DNA of 64,000 bases from the human T2T-CHM13v2.0 reference genome, Homo sapiens, in the NCBI RefSeq assembly GCF_009914755.1, contig NC_060926.1; one strand, given 5' to 3'. Numbering within the stretch: position 1 is the stretch's first letter; each line of letters opens with the position of its first letter. The notes under the pieces are model-generated. The model did no database searches. It had not been told where the DNA came from and saw nothing but the letters and a program-made list of their open reading frames with translations. Position numbers and translations under genes: made by a program. Below are positions 31,137 through 46,786 of this stretch, one piece after another.

Positions 31137-32375
31137 TAGTAGCCAGCCTTCAGGATAGTCCCCAATCATCCCTACTTCCCAGTATATAGACCTTTGTGTA
31201 GTCTTCTCTCACATTGTACCAAAGTTGGTCTGTGTGACCAATAAAATATGGCAAAAGTGATGTTATTTCACTTCTGAGATTAGATTACAAAAGACTATGG
31301 CTTCTGTCACAGCTCCTGCCCTTGCCTCTCTCTCTCTCTCTCTTTCTTGGATCACCTCGGATCACTTCCTCTCAGGGAAAGTATGTCATAAACAGCTCTG
31401 CGGAGAATCTAGGCAGCAAGGAGCTGATGCCTCCTGCCAAACACCACATAAATGGGCTTGGATGCAGATCCTTCAGACTTGGCCAAGCCTAACTCCTAGA
31501 TAATGAGAGACCTCGAATCAATACCTAGCCAAGCCACTCCAGATTCTTGACCTACAGAAACAATGAGGCAATAAATGTATGTTGACCACCCACATTTGGT
31601 GGTTGGTCAGGATTCACAAGACTCACAAGAAGGCTATATTCACAGCTACAGTTTATTATGGCAAAGGATACAGCGAAAATAGCAGGATAAATATTTTTAC
31701 TGGGCGGAGTCCAGAGAGGACCAGTATAGGCTTCAGAGTCCTTCTTCATTAGAGGCCACACAGGATGTACTTTCTCTCTAGCAGCAACTTACAGAAACAT
31801 TTGTGAAATATCTCTACCTAGGATCCAAAGAATTTTTGGTATGCTGGTCACATAAGCATATCTTGCTATGCAACCAACTATGGCAACTGAAATACAGGAC
31901 TCCAAGAATGAAGCCAGGTGCACATCATTAATCTTGATACTTATACAAAGCAACCTGAAAAGCTAGTATAGCACAGTCCATTGCTTCAGGTGTACACAAC
32001 AAAATCATCAGTCCCTGACATCCAAGAGCCATATTCTTAGTGATTGGCAAAGGATCAATCATGGTTCTAGGTTCTGTTGGAGCCATGCAAGGAATATATG
32101 ACCACACCTGCTCTGCTAACACTTTCCTCACAAAATGTGGCCAACAGTCAGCACTAAATGCAAAATATATAGATAAATGAGACTTTAGATAATTCCAGCC
32201 CCCAGACTTCAAGTCTTCCAGCTTAGCCCCCAAGCACTTTAAAGAAGAAACAAGGATTCCCCACTGTGTTCTGCCAGGATTCTTGACTCACAGAAACTAC
32301 ATGAAATAAGAAATGTTTATTGTTTGAAGTCACAAACTCTTGGGGTAGTTTGTTATACAGCAATAGATTAATATA
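31137..32375. mobile_element. MLT1 LTR pieces flanking a MER21-group ERVL LTR (about 31585-32140)
   Basis: Two MLT1-type 3' ends (ttcttgacctacagaaac, ttcttgactcacagaaac); attcacagctacagtttattatggcaaaggatacag between them. Confidence 0.6.
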
Positions 32376-32616
32376 CAGGGTAATATTTTCCTATTCTTTG
32401 CATGTGTGGCAATTTTTTATTGAATGACCAATATGAATTTTATATTTTAGGAAACTGGAGTTTGTTGTATTTCATTGAACAGTACTAGGCTTTTGTTTCA
32501 TTGCTAGCTAAGTTACAAGTAGAATCCTCTTGAGGATTGCTCTCAAGTTTGTTAGGGTGGGTCCAGGACAGTCTTTATCTTAGGGCTAACTTATATCTAC
32601 TACTAACCTGATAACA

Positions 32617-32930
32617 GGCCAGGTGCAGTGGCTCACCCTGTAATCCCAGCACTTTGGGAGGCCAATGTGGGCAGATCACTTGGGGTCAGGAGTTTGAGAC
32701 CAGCCTGGCCAACATGGTGAAACTCTGTCTCTACCAAAAATACAAAAATTAGCCAGATATGGTGGTGTGTGCCTGTAATCCCAGCTACTCGGGAGGCTGA
32801 GGCATGAGAATCACTTGAACCTAGGAGGTGGAGGTTTCAGTGAGCTGAGATCGTGACACTGCGCTCCAGCCTGGGTGACAGAGCGAGACTGTTTCTCGAA
32901 AGAATAATAATAATAATAATAATAATAAAA
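32617..32930 (+). mobile_element. AluS with (AAT)n tail
   Basis: Full dimer; tail converted to trinucleotide microsatellite. Confidence 0.95.
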
Positions 32931-32954
32931 CTGATAGCTGTCTACAGACTATTT

Positions 32955-33148
32955 GGAGGATTGGTAAACTTTTTTGGTAGTGGACACATAGTAAATATTT
33001 TAGGCTTTGCAGGCCACACACAGTCTGTTGCATATATTTCTTTGTTTTTTCAATCCTTCAAGAATATACACATCATTCTTAGCTTGTGAGCTGTTGAAAA
33101 AGTCTGTGGGCTGGGTGTGGCCTGTGAGCTGTAGTTTGCCAACACCTG
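32955..33148. mobile_element. MER58A-like hAT element
   Basis: atagtaaatattttaggctttgcaggccac...gctgtagtttgccaacacctg. Confidence 0.75.
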
Positions 33149-34497
33149 ATGTCCTTTGCATTAAGAGGTCTTTCTATTCTGGCTGAAAGGACAATTAACT
33201 AGTCCAAGCCTTGTGTAAGTTCCAAACATTTTTCTGCCTACTCATTCTCATGGTTCTTTCCCCAGCCTTGGGTGGTTTCCTCTCATGCTTGTCCAGATTA
33301 GCACTCAGTCAAATACCTGAAGGGACCTCTCTGTAGATTTCCCAGGCCCTGAAGCTCCCTCCTTGATGGTACTCAGGGTTACAAATCCTAAACACCTTAA
33401 GCGCTCTGAACTCTGATCTTTCTGTACTCAGTGAGACTGCAGATTCCTTCTGGGTTCCCCCTTCCAGTGCTGTTATTTTCTTACATATAGTTACTCCTCT
33501 GTGTTGGTTCCTATCTATACCGAACATAAATTTCTAACAGAAACTGTTTTGTTCTACTTAATGTCTTCCTTGTTAAACACAGTACCATATTAACACATAT
33601 GCAGATCATCATCGTGCCATTAACAAAAGCTATATCTCAATGGCCACAAGATTTCTAGTTGAAACAAATCTTAAATGATCTATCTGATCTTAGTCCAATT
33701 GTAAGCTTTCCTAGTTGTAAACATGTACCTTTGAGGGTCATACTCTACTTTTAAGGTAGCCCATTTCACTGTTGGACAGCAATAATTATCAGAAAATGTA
33801 CTTCATAATGAGCTAAAATATAATTCCTTATCACATGGACTTTTCAGTTCTTATTAAATTTATGTTTAACCTAAATCTAGAGGACCTTTTCTTACCAATT
33901 GCTGTTAACCCTTGTTGTGCATTATTGATTCAGTCTGTGAATGTCTTGAGTGTCTTCTCTGTGCCAGGCTCTGTGCTGAGTTTGGGCTTGTGGAGGTGAG
34001 AAAAGGGAGGTAATGAATGGGCCTCATGCATCTTTCAGCTTGGTGGGTTATTTAGAGAGAAATCTAAGCATGCAAATATGTGTAAAAGTTACAATGTGGT
34101 ATGTGCCCTGAAGAAGCATAGTGTGATGACACTAGGTATAGGAAGATTTGTCCTAGTCAGGGAAGTTAGGGAAGACATTCTTGAGGAGCTAATGATTTGA
34201 GATCTGAAAGCAAAGTAGGAGATAATCAGACAAAATAAAGATGAGAGATTTTTAGGAAGAGGGGTCAGCCTGAATGAAGGTACTGGGGTGAAAGAGAGCA
34301 ACTGTTTTTTAAATCTAAATGTAGGACTTTCAGATAACCCTGTTAAATACTCACTCAATGAATACACTCAATCTCAGAAATATCACTCTATCACCGAAAA
34401 CATGTTTCTGATATTTTTGGTGTACTTGTAGAAGCAGATTTAATTCCAATGTAAGAAAGCATTTTGCATTGCTCTTTGGAAAGGTATTATTGTCCCT

Positions 34498-34668
34498 ACC
34501 TCAGGTTTTGTGGGGCCAGAAGCTTATACAGGGCCCCCACTCTGGGGGCCCTTTTAAAGAAAAAAATGTAAATGATACATACAAAATTTAGCACAGGGCC
34601 TGGAAGAAGGCCTTGGCAGTGAGAGGCACCAAATGAAACGTTTCATTAGGTTCAGGGTAAAAAATCTA
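34498..34668 (-). mobile_element. MER53-like hAT element
   Basis: caggttttgtggggccagaagcttataca...tacaaaatttagcacagggcctggaag. Confidence 0.7.
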
Positions 34669-34896
34669 CCTACTGTCTTTAGAGATTTGGACAAAGGGTA
34701 CATGACCATATGTTGGTGACGTAATGAAGAGATTTCATATTGTATAGAAATTTGGACTTGATAGACCTGTAAGTTTCCTCCAGATTCAAAGATTTTGTGT
34801 TTACTTAGCTTACATTTGAGAATGGAATAGGTCAAAGTTAGCCTCCTTGCATTCTTGGCCCCCTGCCCCTACTCAGCTAGTTTGTAGAATTAATTA

Positions 34897-35361
<465 letters not shown>

Positions 35362-37504
35362 TCAAGTCATAGAATGAGAGCTAAAATGTCTTATGAATCA
35401 AAGGCTGGGTTTGAGTCACATGCCAACCAATGTGTGCTCATGGAGAACACCTCAGTGACAGCCCAGAGACAGCACCTCCAGCCCACCCTTGACTATTCAC
35501 CTCACACCCGACTCCTCTGTCCAGAGGAGGTTTGAGGAGAGGGGATGGATGTTGTAGTGCTATCCATCATCCCTGCTGTGTACATGCATTATGGTGCTTA
35601 CATTGCACCACTGTGAGAAGGAAAAGAGTGCGTATTGTGAATGAGGACTTCCTACCCCACAACAAAAATAGAATCTTTGCAGCCAATTATGTGCTGAAGC
35701 ATTATTATAAAACAGGAAGAATCCTAACAACAACAAAAGATTAAGAGCAGCACTATGTATGTATGAGCACTTCTGCATTCCCAGAGCAGTTGTCTGGACT
35801 GATTATAAAGCTCTTAGCAAACTTTAATTAGCGCTCACAGGTTGGTGAGTTACATGGCTAAAGTTCTTGCTAGTGTGGTCACCAGAGAAGTAAACTCAGG
35901 TGAGGTTAAATGGTCAATTCATGGACACCTGGCCATGCTCATCTGTGTTTGCTTTTCCAGTTTGTCAGGTTCTTTGGAATCTGACTTGTTAGCAGCTCTG
36001 CCAGGCCCCATCCCCTTGCTTGCAGGTGCTCACGTCTGAAGATAATGTGTTAATCATATCAGCTCATGAGCCTGGGGTTCAGCCACACCAAGTCTGGACC
36101 TGCTGGCTTTCTTTGGAGTCAATCTGCAAAGGACATCTCCGAGTCCAGGGATAACAGTCCTGGAGTCAGTAGATTGTGTCTGAGCTCACCTGCCAGGCAT
36201 GATGTGGAAACAAGGACACTGCTTTTCAGCAGGCAATAATTGACTTCAAAGGGCTCCAAGTTGGTTTAAGATTTTTCTGCTTTAACATTTAGGAACAGTG
36301 GAAAAACATACTTTTGTTATTTATGTATTCTTAGAAATGGCTAACACTTCTAAGAAGATGGGAAAATTTTAAGGCTATTAAGGAGACAAAAAATGAAATC
36401 CCCTTGAAGATACGTAAAGACCTAGCGCTTCTCTGTCCTGTGTGTCTCCCACCCCACCCAGGCTTATAGGGTATCTTTGGTTTGCGCCCCATGAAGACAC
36501 ATGTGAGTTCTATCTCAGGCAGGGGCTCTGGGATCAATGGTGGGCAAGTGAGTTTGTTTACCCTGGATTCAGCCTCTGCTCCTTAGGAATTTCTCAAACA
36601 TTAAGTTTCCTTTAATATTATCCATTCATCAATATGCTGATACAAATCTACTTCAAATCTATATACATTTTTTTTTTGGTCCAGCCAATAATTGAGAGAA
36701 GACTAGAATATTGACTATTACCTATTAGGCAAGGGTTGATTGTCTTTCATGTATCCTAAAGCAAGGCTTCAAACTTCACAAGTTTTCATCAGGCCTGGCA
36801 CTCTGAGGTTTGGAGGAAACAGCACCTGTCTACCCAGACTTTATCTCATAATTTCCAAAACTGCAGTTCTGTTCCTTCTCTTTCTCCTGGTCCCTTCTGT
36901 CCTCATTTCTAAGTCCCTTCTTTCCCTTCAAATTTTCATTCTCTCTCTAGGCCTTTTCTTTTTATCTGATGTCTTTTTAAAATTATTCATATCGGGTTTT
37001 TACATAGTCATTCATCTTTCACTGTGGTTTTTGTTCAAGGATACTCTGATGATTTACTTTTATGCTTTATAAAAAATGTTTTGTGTATAAAAACTCGCAA
37101 TTTATGACTTTTTTTTGGTCTCAGCAGCTAATTGAACTGATAGATTTAGGAAAGAATTAACAATTCCTGGTGTTTTTCTTAACTTTTAACTAATAGCTCA
37201 GAATCCACCTTCCCATAGGAGAAACTTTTTTTTTTTTTGCTTAAATTCCTCATTATTCTTGTGTACATCAAAGCTCATTTCTCTGTCTCCTTGCAGGGTC
37301 CAGTCATCTCTTCCTTTCTCATCAGTGAGTTGGTGGCTCCACACCTAGAAAACCTTAAAGTTTGTAATAATACCAACAGGTTAAATAAAAGAGTTGTCCT
37401 GAGACATGGGCTTGGTGACGGGAGCCTATGGGATAACTCTTACTTTTCTCTACTCCAGGCATAATCTCAGGACACTACACCACAGGTGAAAGCTGCCTGG
37501 TTAG

Positions 37505-37892
37505 TGGATTAGTCAGCTCAGGCTGCCATAACAAAGCACCACAGACTGAGTGTCTTAAGCAACGAAAAATTATTTTCTCACAATCCTGGGAGATAGAAGT
37601 CCAAGATCAAAGTATTAGCAGGGTCGGTTTCTTCTGTGGTCTTTCTCCTTGGCTTGTAGACCGCCATCTTCTTTCTGTGTCTTCACAGGGTCTTCCCTCT
37701 GTGCCAGTCTGTGTCCTAATCTCTTTTCATAAGGACATCAGTCCTATCAGATTAGGACCTACACTAATGACTCATTTTAACTTAACTACCTCTTTAAAGA
37801 CCCTATCTCCAAATACAATCATATTCTGAGATACTGGGGATAGGGGGTTCAACATGTGAATTTTGAGGGGGACACAATTCAGCCCATAACAG
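37505..37892 (-). mobile_element. MLT1A-like MaLR LTR
   Basis: ggctgccataacaaagcaccacagactg...gacacaattcagcccataaca. Confidence 0.85.
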
Positions 37893-40389
37893 TATATTAA
37901 AAACTCCTCATCTAGACACCATATTTCCAGCAACAACCAAGCTCCCAAGCACAGCTCTAGCCTACAAAGTCTGTGGAGAAGGTGGGTTATACAGTCCCAT
38001 CAGGGTCAGAGGTTGCAGCTCCCTCTCTTATGTTACAGATTCTTCATAACAAATGTAAACAAGCTGCTTATCTGATTCTCCAAATAGCAGCAAACCAGTG
38101 TACAGAGTAATCACCAACCAGAAAAAGCTCAGCTGCAGGGGGCAGGCAGATGTGCCAACAGCAGCAGGAAGTGACTTCAGCATCGAACGGGCAGCAGACA
38201 AAACCTTAAATGGGCAAAACTGTATTGTCAGTTACCATGTCACATAATGAGAGCAGAGAGTAACAATACTTCCGAATTTGTCAACAGGAGGTGACGTTAT
38301 TTTTAAAAACCTATAATAGAAGGCTGTGGAAGTTTTCTCATTAAATACTGTATAGACAAAATTGTTTGAGTATTTGAGGGTGATACACTTGTTATTAGGG
38401 TAATTTACCTATGTAAAAATGAAAATATCCAAGTTCTGCTGGATAAATGCTTCTTTCTGTATATGACAAAGTCCTGCTTGGACGTCATGAACTTTGCCAT
38501 AATCCTGGCTCTGAGGGTGGGGGCTTTCCTGTCAAGATGGCCCTAAGGTTTAGACTGACCTCCCACAGAGGTTCAACAAGGAGTCACTCAGATTCACTAA
38601 CAGTTTTCAAAAAAGATGTTTATTAGACAACTTTCCACTGAAACCATACCCCCTGTAGTGCACAGTTAATTAATATTTTAATAACTTCTAAAATGTTATG
38701 AAGATTGCAATTGTATAGCATTATATTTTGTGTGTAGGTTTATTCAAAGTAGTAATATATTTAGTAAAGACATACCACAATGTTTGTAATCCTGTTGTGG
38801 CATTTCCTCCTGTGTTAGTACAACAGGAGGCTTAGAAATGGGTGCATCCCGGGCATTCCTCACCTGCGAGAGGCCCTACACCTGGCCATGCGGTGGGCTC
38901 AGCTTTTGCCTCCTCTGAATAATCTCCTCTCATTTGTACATTGTGCCTCTGACCACCTTCTGTCTCATATCATAGTTATTTATGAAGCTGTTTTATCCAT
39001 CTTACAAGATTGTGAGTTTAATTCCCAATGGCTACCCCCCACAGTTAATGTTAGCTTCTGTGTTGAATCCAGAGGCACTCTATTGCTATCATTCCTCTAC
39101 AAGAAAAAGCCTAGCTATACCTATTTTTTTTTTTGTATTTGTTAAACCATTTGAGGCTTTTATAGCACTTGTTGTAGCTGCCTTCCAAGGTTAGCCTCAG
39201 AATTCTTCTTTCGTCTCAGAGGAAGATTATCCAGAATGCCTTGCTGGAGAATTTGTACAATTTTCTGCAGTGATGTGCTGGCAAATTTTCAACAACTGGT
39301 TCTGATTCCTAGTGTTTGCTGGTTAAAGATGACACTGAATGTAGAATTGGGAAAAATATACCCAATTGGCTTTTGCTCCCTAAACATACTTCATAGGCTT
39401 CTAGCATGCCATTGGTTCACAGCTCAGGGATAATGAGAAAAGCTATTCTGTAAGAAATGAAGAAGCCAATTGAATCCCTTCTCTACCCACAGAAGGCAAG
39501 CCTGAAATTAATCTTCACAAAACTGTGTCATTTTCCAGGTTTGCCTTCCTCTTAGTCCTCCCCATCTAATTTCACAAGATGCTGACAAACCCTGGAATAG
39601 CTTTAAAGTCATAAGCAATGAGTCATAAATGGATCTATTCAGAAGTTTCTTAAAGGGTCACTAATTGGAAGGCAGCTAAAACTCTCAGAATTGTTACTGC
39701 ATATATGCCTACTTTGAGGTTATAATTATTAAAACCCCCAAATTAATTTTTTAAAGCATTTGCTGAACTTCCTACCACTTTACATCCCCATACACTGATG
39801 ACTTAGACACATGCTAAGGTGCTGTGACTCAACAATTTTTATCAGAGGCAATGGTACCACCCCCTTCCCATCCTACCTCTTTTCCCTACTTCCATCTGCT
39901 GGAGTGAGCAGATTTTAAACTTGATTAATTAGAGATTTTGTTTTGCTCTGTCTTCCTCCCAGCATGATGTTTTGCTTGCAACAGATATAAAAAATATATT
40001 GAAGTTGAATTAGCTGATTTCTTGTAGTATATGAGAAATACCTTTTTTCCTCTCTCTAAAGGTGCTCATAAATGTTCACAAATCCTTGCGTGAACAAGTT
40101 GAGATAATTTCTAATCTGAAGGAAACTCTTTGTCCTTAGAAGAACTGGTTTTTCTGCCTTGAACAATAGAGATTGGACAATGGAGGTATCTGGCCTTGCT
40201 CTACCCCTTCCTTGTTATAGTAACAGGGATGTGGTTGTCCATCTCCACAACCATGCTCTTCCCAAAGTACCACTGCCTCAAGAGCTCCAGCCATTTAGGA
40301 CCCAAATCTTATGCTTAGCCATGCTGGTTTCTGGTCCTGGAGGGTGGGAAAAATCTGAGTCTTCAAAACATATAAACCAACTAAAAAGA

Positions 40390-41060
40390 TAATAGTGAAA
40401 AAGACAGCAAGTGTTAGGAAAGATGTGGAGAAACTGGACCCCATATATATTGCTGCTGTGAATGGGAAATGATGTAGCCACTTTGGAAAATAGTTTGGCA
40501 GTTTCTAAAAAGTTAAACATAAACTTGCCATATAACCTGCTAATTCTACTCCTGTCTAGCTACCCGAGAGAAATGAAAACATATGTTCATATAAAGACAT
40601 GCATGGGAACCTTCACAGCAGTTTTATTCATAATAGCCCAAACTGGAAACCATCCAAATGTCTATCAACTGGTGAATGAAGAAACAAAATCTATCCATAC
40701 AATGAAATATTCTGCAGCAATGAAAAGTAAAGAAGTACTGATACATGCTACAGCATTGAAGGAGCTCAATAACATGACACTGAGAGAAGCCAAGGCAAAA
40801 ACCTGTGTACTGTATGATTCCATTTATGTGAAATTTCCAGAAAGGGCAAATCTATTAAAAAACAGAAAGCAGAATCATGGTTGTTTTGGGGCTGGAATAG
40901 GCTATAAGTGGACACAAAAGATCTTTTGGGGGTGATGGAGAGTTGGCAAATTTCACACAACTGCCAATTTATTAAAATTCCTTAAATTGTGTTTTTAAAT
41001 AGATGAGTTTTATGGTATGCAAATTATGCCTTAACAAAGCTTTTTACAAACAACACAATA
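40390..41060 (+). mobile_element. L1MB-like 3' end
   Basis: gccactttggaaaatagtttggcagtttc...tgtatgattccatttatgtgaaat; accounts for the 157-aa ORF 40462-40935. Confidence 0.85.
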
Positions 41061-42019
41061 AATGGAGACCTTTATTATTTCTATTTAGCTCTTGCTCTTC
41101 CTTGTCTGATTACAAATCCCGAAGGGGCTACATGTCACCCAGCTGCGTTTTTTCTTTTTACGAGTAGGTGAGGAAACTGGCTAAATATGTTGCTGGAACA
41201 GGGAGAGGTTTGGCCCAACAAAGCCAATGCATTGCCAGAATTTTCTTTAGCTGCAGGCACACTAGTCGCCTCATCTGCAGGAGAGGACATGGCTCATACC
41301 CTGCGCTTACCAGCCTTCCTTTCACGTAGGTGGCTCTGCAGGGAAATGACCAGTGTGTGCTCCTGTCCTCCTATGCATGCTGGGGGACTGTGTTGTATGT
41401 AGGGTATTGTACTGTCTTGATCCCAGGAGACAAAGGCACTCTTTGTTAAACTGGAGCTAGTCTTACCTTTAAGGATGGGATCATTTCTTTGACCACAGAT
41501 CTCTTCCTTACCAAAGGATATGCCCTCACGTCAGACCAGAAAAGAATAGGAAGCCCATAGGGAACCTTCTGATTTTCAACTTGGTCTTTTGATGTTGCCT
41601 TTGAAATATACCCTGGAGCTTGCTCCAAAACTAGAACTGGAAGATGACACTTTTCATAGGGGATCAACCAGGAGTTAGGGAGATAGAAACTTTGGACAGA
41701 AGCCTGTGATATTGTTCCAGTCCTAGGGGACAACAGTAAACTACTTTTTTTTTTTTTTTGCCTATCAAATTGGCAAACTGGCAAAAAAAATTAGGATGTA
41801 CATACTGTTCTAATTTGGAGTACTTAGGAAATAATGGGCCTGAGACCCTAATCTGGGTGGCTTAATTTGTTTCTTGCAATACCTCTACAGAATGTTTCGC
41901 CCTGGTGGTTTAGTTCTGCCCTGTAGCTGCAGCTACCTTTCCGTTTTCACGTCTTTGACTCCCTTGTTTATACCTGGTTTTTTTAAGGGTGTATTCACCC
42001 TTCTATTTTGTTTAGCTTG

Positions 42020-42778
42020 ATTTTTTTTTATTGTGGTAAGAACACTTACCATAAGATACACCCTCCTGATAAATTTTTAAGTGCACAATACAGTGTTGTT
42101 AATTACAAGGCACTATGTTGTACAGTAGTTCTCTAGAACTTATTCATCTTGAATAACTGAAACTTTATACCTGTTCAACAATAACTTCCCGTTTCTCCCT
42201 TCCCCCAGCCCCTGGCAACTACCATTCTACTTTCCGTTTCTGAGTCTATTTTAGATACCTACTGCAAGTGGAATCATGCGGTATTTGGGCTTCCATGACT
42301 GGTTTATTTCACTTAGCATAATGTCCTCTAGGTACATCCATGTTGTTGCATATGGCAGGCTTTCCTTTTCATAAAGGCTGAATAATATTCCATTGTATAT
42401 ATATACCACATTTTCTTTATCCATTCCTCCATCAAGGGACATGTAGGTTGTTTCCTTATCTTGGCCATAAATAATGAATGTGGGAATACAGATATTTCTT
42501 TGAGATCTTGATTTTAATTCTTTTGGGTATATACTCAGAAGTGAGATTGCTAGATTAAATGATAGTTCTATTTTTAATTTTTTGAGAAACCTCCATCCTG
42601 TTTTCCATAGCAGCCACACCATTATACATTCTCCCTAGCAGTGCACAAGGATTCTAATTTCTCCACATGCCTGCTCACACTTGTCTTGACTTTTTTTTTT
42701 TTTTTAAATATAATGTCCATCTTAACCTTTGTGAGGTGATACCTGATTGTGGCTCTGATTTGCATTTCCCTGAAGATT
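42020..42778 (-). mobile_element. L1MA/L1MB 3' end
   Basis: ggtttatttcacttagcataatgtcc...aaacctccatcctgttttccatag; accounts for ORF 42251-42622. Confidence 0.88.
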
Positions 42779-43874
42779 TATATTCACCTTTCTGATACTG
42801 GTGCCTGGCAATGCCTAGAACACAGCAGATGCTCACTAAATATTTGTTGAATGAGTGGGTTAAGCCCTAAGAAACTCCATTCTCAGTACAAGCACAAATG
42901 AAGACACAATATGAGCTATCGGGGACAGGGTTACTATGACACAAAAGCAAAAGGTCTTCAGGCTACTGGGATTTCTATCCTTCCAGTTTCATATTAAAAG
43001 GCTGACAAAAATGGCTAGGACCCAGGGACTTGGATAAGTTCACCACAGTGGAAAGAGATAATTGTTTTTAGAAGGAGTGAAATTAAAATATTTTACATAT
43101 TCTTGTAAAAATAATTACAGTATCTTAAATATTTGGACTTGCTAAATGCTTGTGCTCTGGAGGCAAGCCCAGGAATTTTTTTTTCAATCCCTCTCATCCT
43201 TCAAGCCTCATCCCAAGCCTCTGCCTCCACAGCTACCTTTACTAAATGTCTGATTTATTCTAGGATAATTTTTTTCAACAAATATTTGTTGTTTCTCTCC
43301 CTCCTTTGCATGTCCATAGGTTTTTGCACTCCTTTTGCTCACTCACCCCGCTCATCCCCCATCTCCTGTGACAGCTGCTCTGCCCTTATCTAACCCTTTC
43401 CGCAGATGGAGATCTCTGTGGGAGCAGCATCTCTTTGTGTCCCATGCAGAAACTAACACTTAGGTACTAACATGTGTTTATTTGGACTGAATAATTGAAT
43501 CATTTGATTAGTTTCAGAATAGTTAGTTAGGCAAGGGAGGCAACTCTGATGAAATGGCTTATTTTAAATGCCATTTTATACACTATTTAAAAATAGCTCT
43601 TCTTCCAAAAACTGAGGTCTATACATATGTGTTGTGATTCAGTTTAAAATAGAAAAGCATTTTTTCCTAAAAAACTTTCACACCAACTTTATAGTTATAG
43701 AGAGAATATTTTCAGTTGACCAAGATTATCAAAACAATGCCTAATTCCAGGAAGAAAGGAAGAAATAGTGGTGAAATTTAACCTGTTTTTAAAATTGCTG
43801 CTATGAAAATATATAATCTAGTAAATGATATTTTGTTAGTTTCATACTAGCTATAAACAGTTTCAATGGAAAGC

Positions 43875-44160
<286 letters not shown>

Positions 44161-45924
44161 TGATATCTTTCCCGTACTCCTGTTGGCATGAGTATTTCTG
44201 GAAAGACCACAGTTTTCTGCTTCCATCTAGCACAATGGAAGAAGCAACATCAATTGGGTGATATTTGCGTGAAGTGGATTCTAGTCTTGACTTTGGCAAT
44301 AAATAAATGAGTGATCACGAACAAGTCTCTCAGGACCTCAACTTCCTTACCTGAATCTGTATTATGAGGCAAGTGGGCATCAGGATCTATGATCTGCAGC
44401 TTGTAGGATTTCCAGCCTCCTTCTTATTTACCAATGCCCATGGCTGAGGCTCTTGGGTTTGCTTCACTTTCTTGTTTCCTTCTATGCAGCAGCATCCCAA
44501 CCACTCTCAGAAGAGCCAGAACCAAGTTTCCGGAGGCTGAGCAATGCCCACCCAGTCCAGGATAGGAAGACTTTCTTGTTATGCTTGGGATGGGGGCAGG
44601 GAAGGGGCAGGTAAAGAGACCTAAGCACCCAGAGCAAAGACTGGAGAAGAAATTTCAGTAAGAATGGATCCTGCATGCCCAGCATCTTGGAGTGGAGGGG
44701 AAGAGAAAAAAAATGGGGTGAGAGCAGAGAAAAGTAGCTAGGCTAGGAGACCTGTGCTCAGGTTGGCTGGGCTCCAAGCCCTAGGGCTGTCAGTAGGAAG
44801 CTTGGATTCTTACACAATACCCACTCCTTTCCAATCCCCATAAACTCTAGAATAACCTCTAGCAGACTTGCTGACAGCCGATCCTAGTTTAAAAGCTCCA
44901 TCACATTAGAGGCTAAGTGTAAATAATACCAAGTAAGGATTTGATCTCTTGGAGGAAAGGACAGGAGAATGTTTATGAGTCTAAAGTGGTAAGAAGCCCC
45001 CTCTCCACCCTCCCTTACCAGAGGAAGAGTCTGAGAATAGAACTGGGCCCAGGAAAAGAGGCCCATGGGATCTTTCCTTTTTTCCCCCAGTTGGAGCTCA
45101 TGCAAGCCCACCTGGGCCCCACTGGATTTTGTTCCCTTGGGGATTTACCTCCATGGCTGGGCTTCACACTTCCCTTAGCCCTCATTCTTCTTTGGATTGT
45201 ATCCTAAGCATCCATCCTTTTCTTTTCAGTCTGAAGGCAGCATCCTTTTAAGTTGGGAGGGGGAGAAAGTTACAAGGGGAGGCAAACAGGTGCCACAACT
45301 TCGGTTCCTGTCTGATTTTGCTTGGGATAGGCTGGGCCTTCCTTCCATTTTTTAACAGGCCTATATAAAAAACCCAACACATAAACAGGGCAGGCAGTGT
45401 TTCCCAGCATGAGATATGTCAGGTATTTTAAGGGAACACTATGCTTCTCCATTTCTTCTTAGTGCCTTGAGTCTTGCTTCTCAGCCTTGGCTGATAGCTG
45501 GGAAATATGGACCTGCATATTGCGTCTGCTTGTCTTATCTAGTATTTAATTTTTTAAAAGCCCTCCTGACAAGGCAGGTAGGATGATGTTTCCTGAAACA
45601 TTCTTTACGCCACTCCTCCCACAGTTAGACTTTTTTTTCTTTTAAAAAGAAAATTGTTTAAAATATATGTCTTAATAGCTCATGACTATTAAAATCTAAG
45701 TGCTCTGCCCTTTCTGTCTAAATCCAGGATCCTATTCTCGCTTCTCCAGGACATGATTGTATTTAGAGTTAGGGTGTTGTTGAAAATGGCAACCTCTATA
45801 TCACCTGGTTTTCACTTTAGGAAAACCCACAGAAAAGTTTCTCTTAGACCTAAGTGTAGAAAACCTTTTGCTTTTTTTAAAAACCAGTACATTTTTACAC
45901 ATGATAATGTGATTTTTGTCACAA

Positions 45925-46150
45925 CCATGTTTCTTTTTATATTTTAAATTGATACATATTTGATATACATATTTTCAGGTATATGTGATAATTTGATACA
46001 TTCATATAATCAAATCAGGGTAATTGGGATATCCTTCACCTTAAATATTTAGTTTTTCTTTATACTGGGAACATTCAAATTATTCTCGTCTAGCTTTTTT
46101 GACATGTGCAATTGATTAATGTTAACTATACTCACCCTACTGACCTATTG
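45925..46150 (-). mobile_element. L1MA 3' end
   Basis: aatcagggtaattgggatatcc...acattcaaattattctc. Confidence 0.75.
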
Positions 46151-46291
46151 AATACCATTTCATGTTTCTTTTTTACATCGGCCGAACTCGACTATGGTAG
46201 TAATTGTGTGAAACCCCAGAGTGTGCCCTGCTGTGGACTAATTCTCATATTGGCCTTGTCTTATCAATATCTGTGTGTGTGTATGGCTTGA

Positions 46292-46786
<495 letters not shown>

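Noticed and set aside
40462-40935. 157-aa ORF
   Set aside because: Degenerate L1 ORF2 C-terminus and 3'UTR read-through
41446-41784. 112-aa minus-strand ORF containing AAG|GTAAGA
   Set aside because: Begins in a poly(A) run, no homology recognised; isolated donors are common by chance
46165-46260. Faint resemblance to U1 snRNA (aactcgact...ggtagt)
   Set aside because: Only short scattered matches; no collinear U1 sequence
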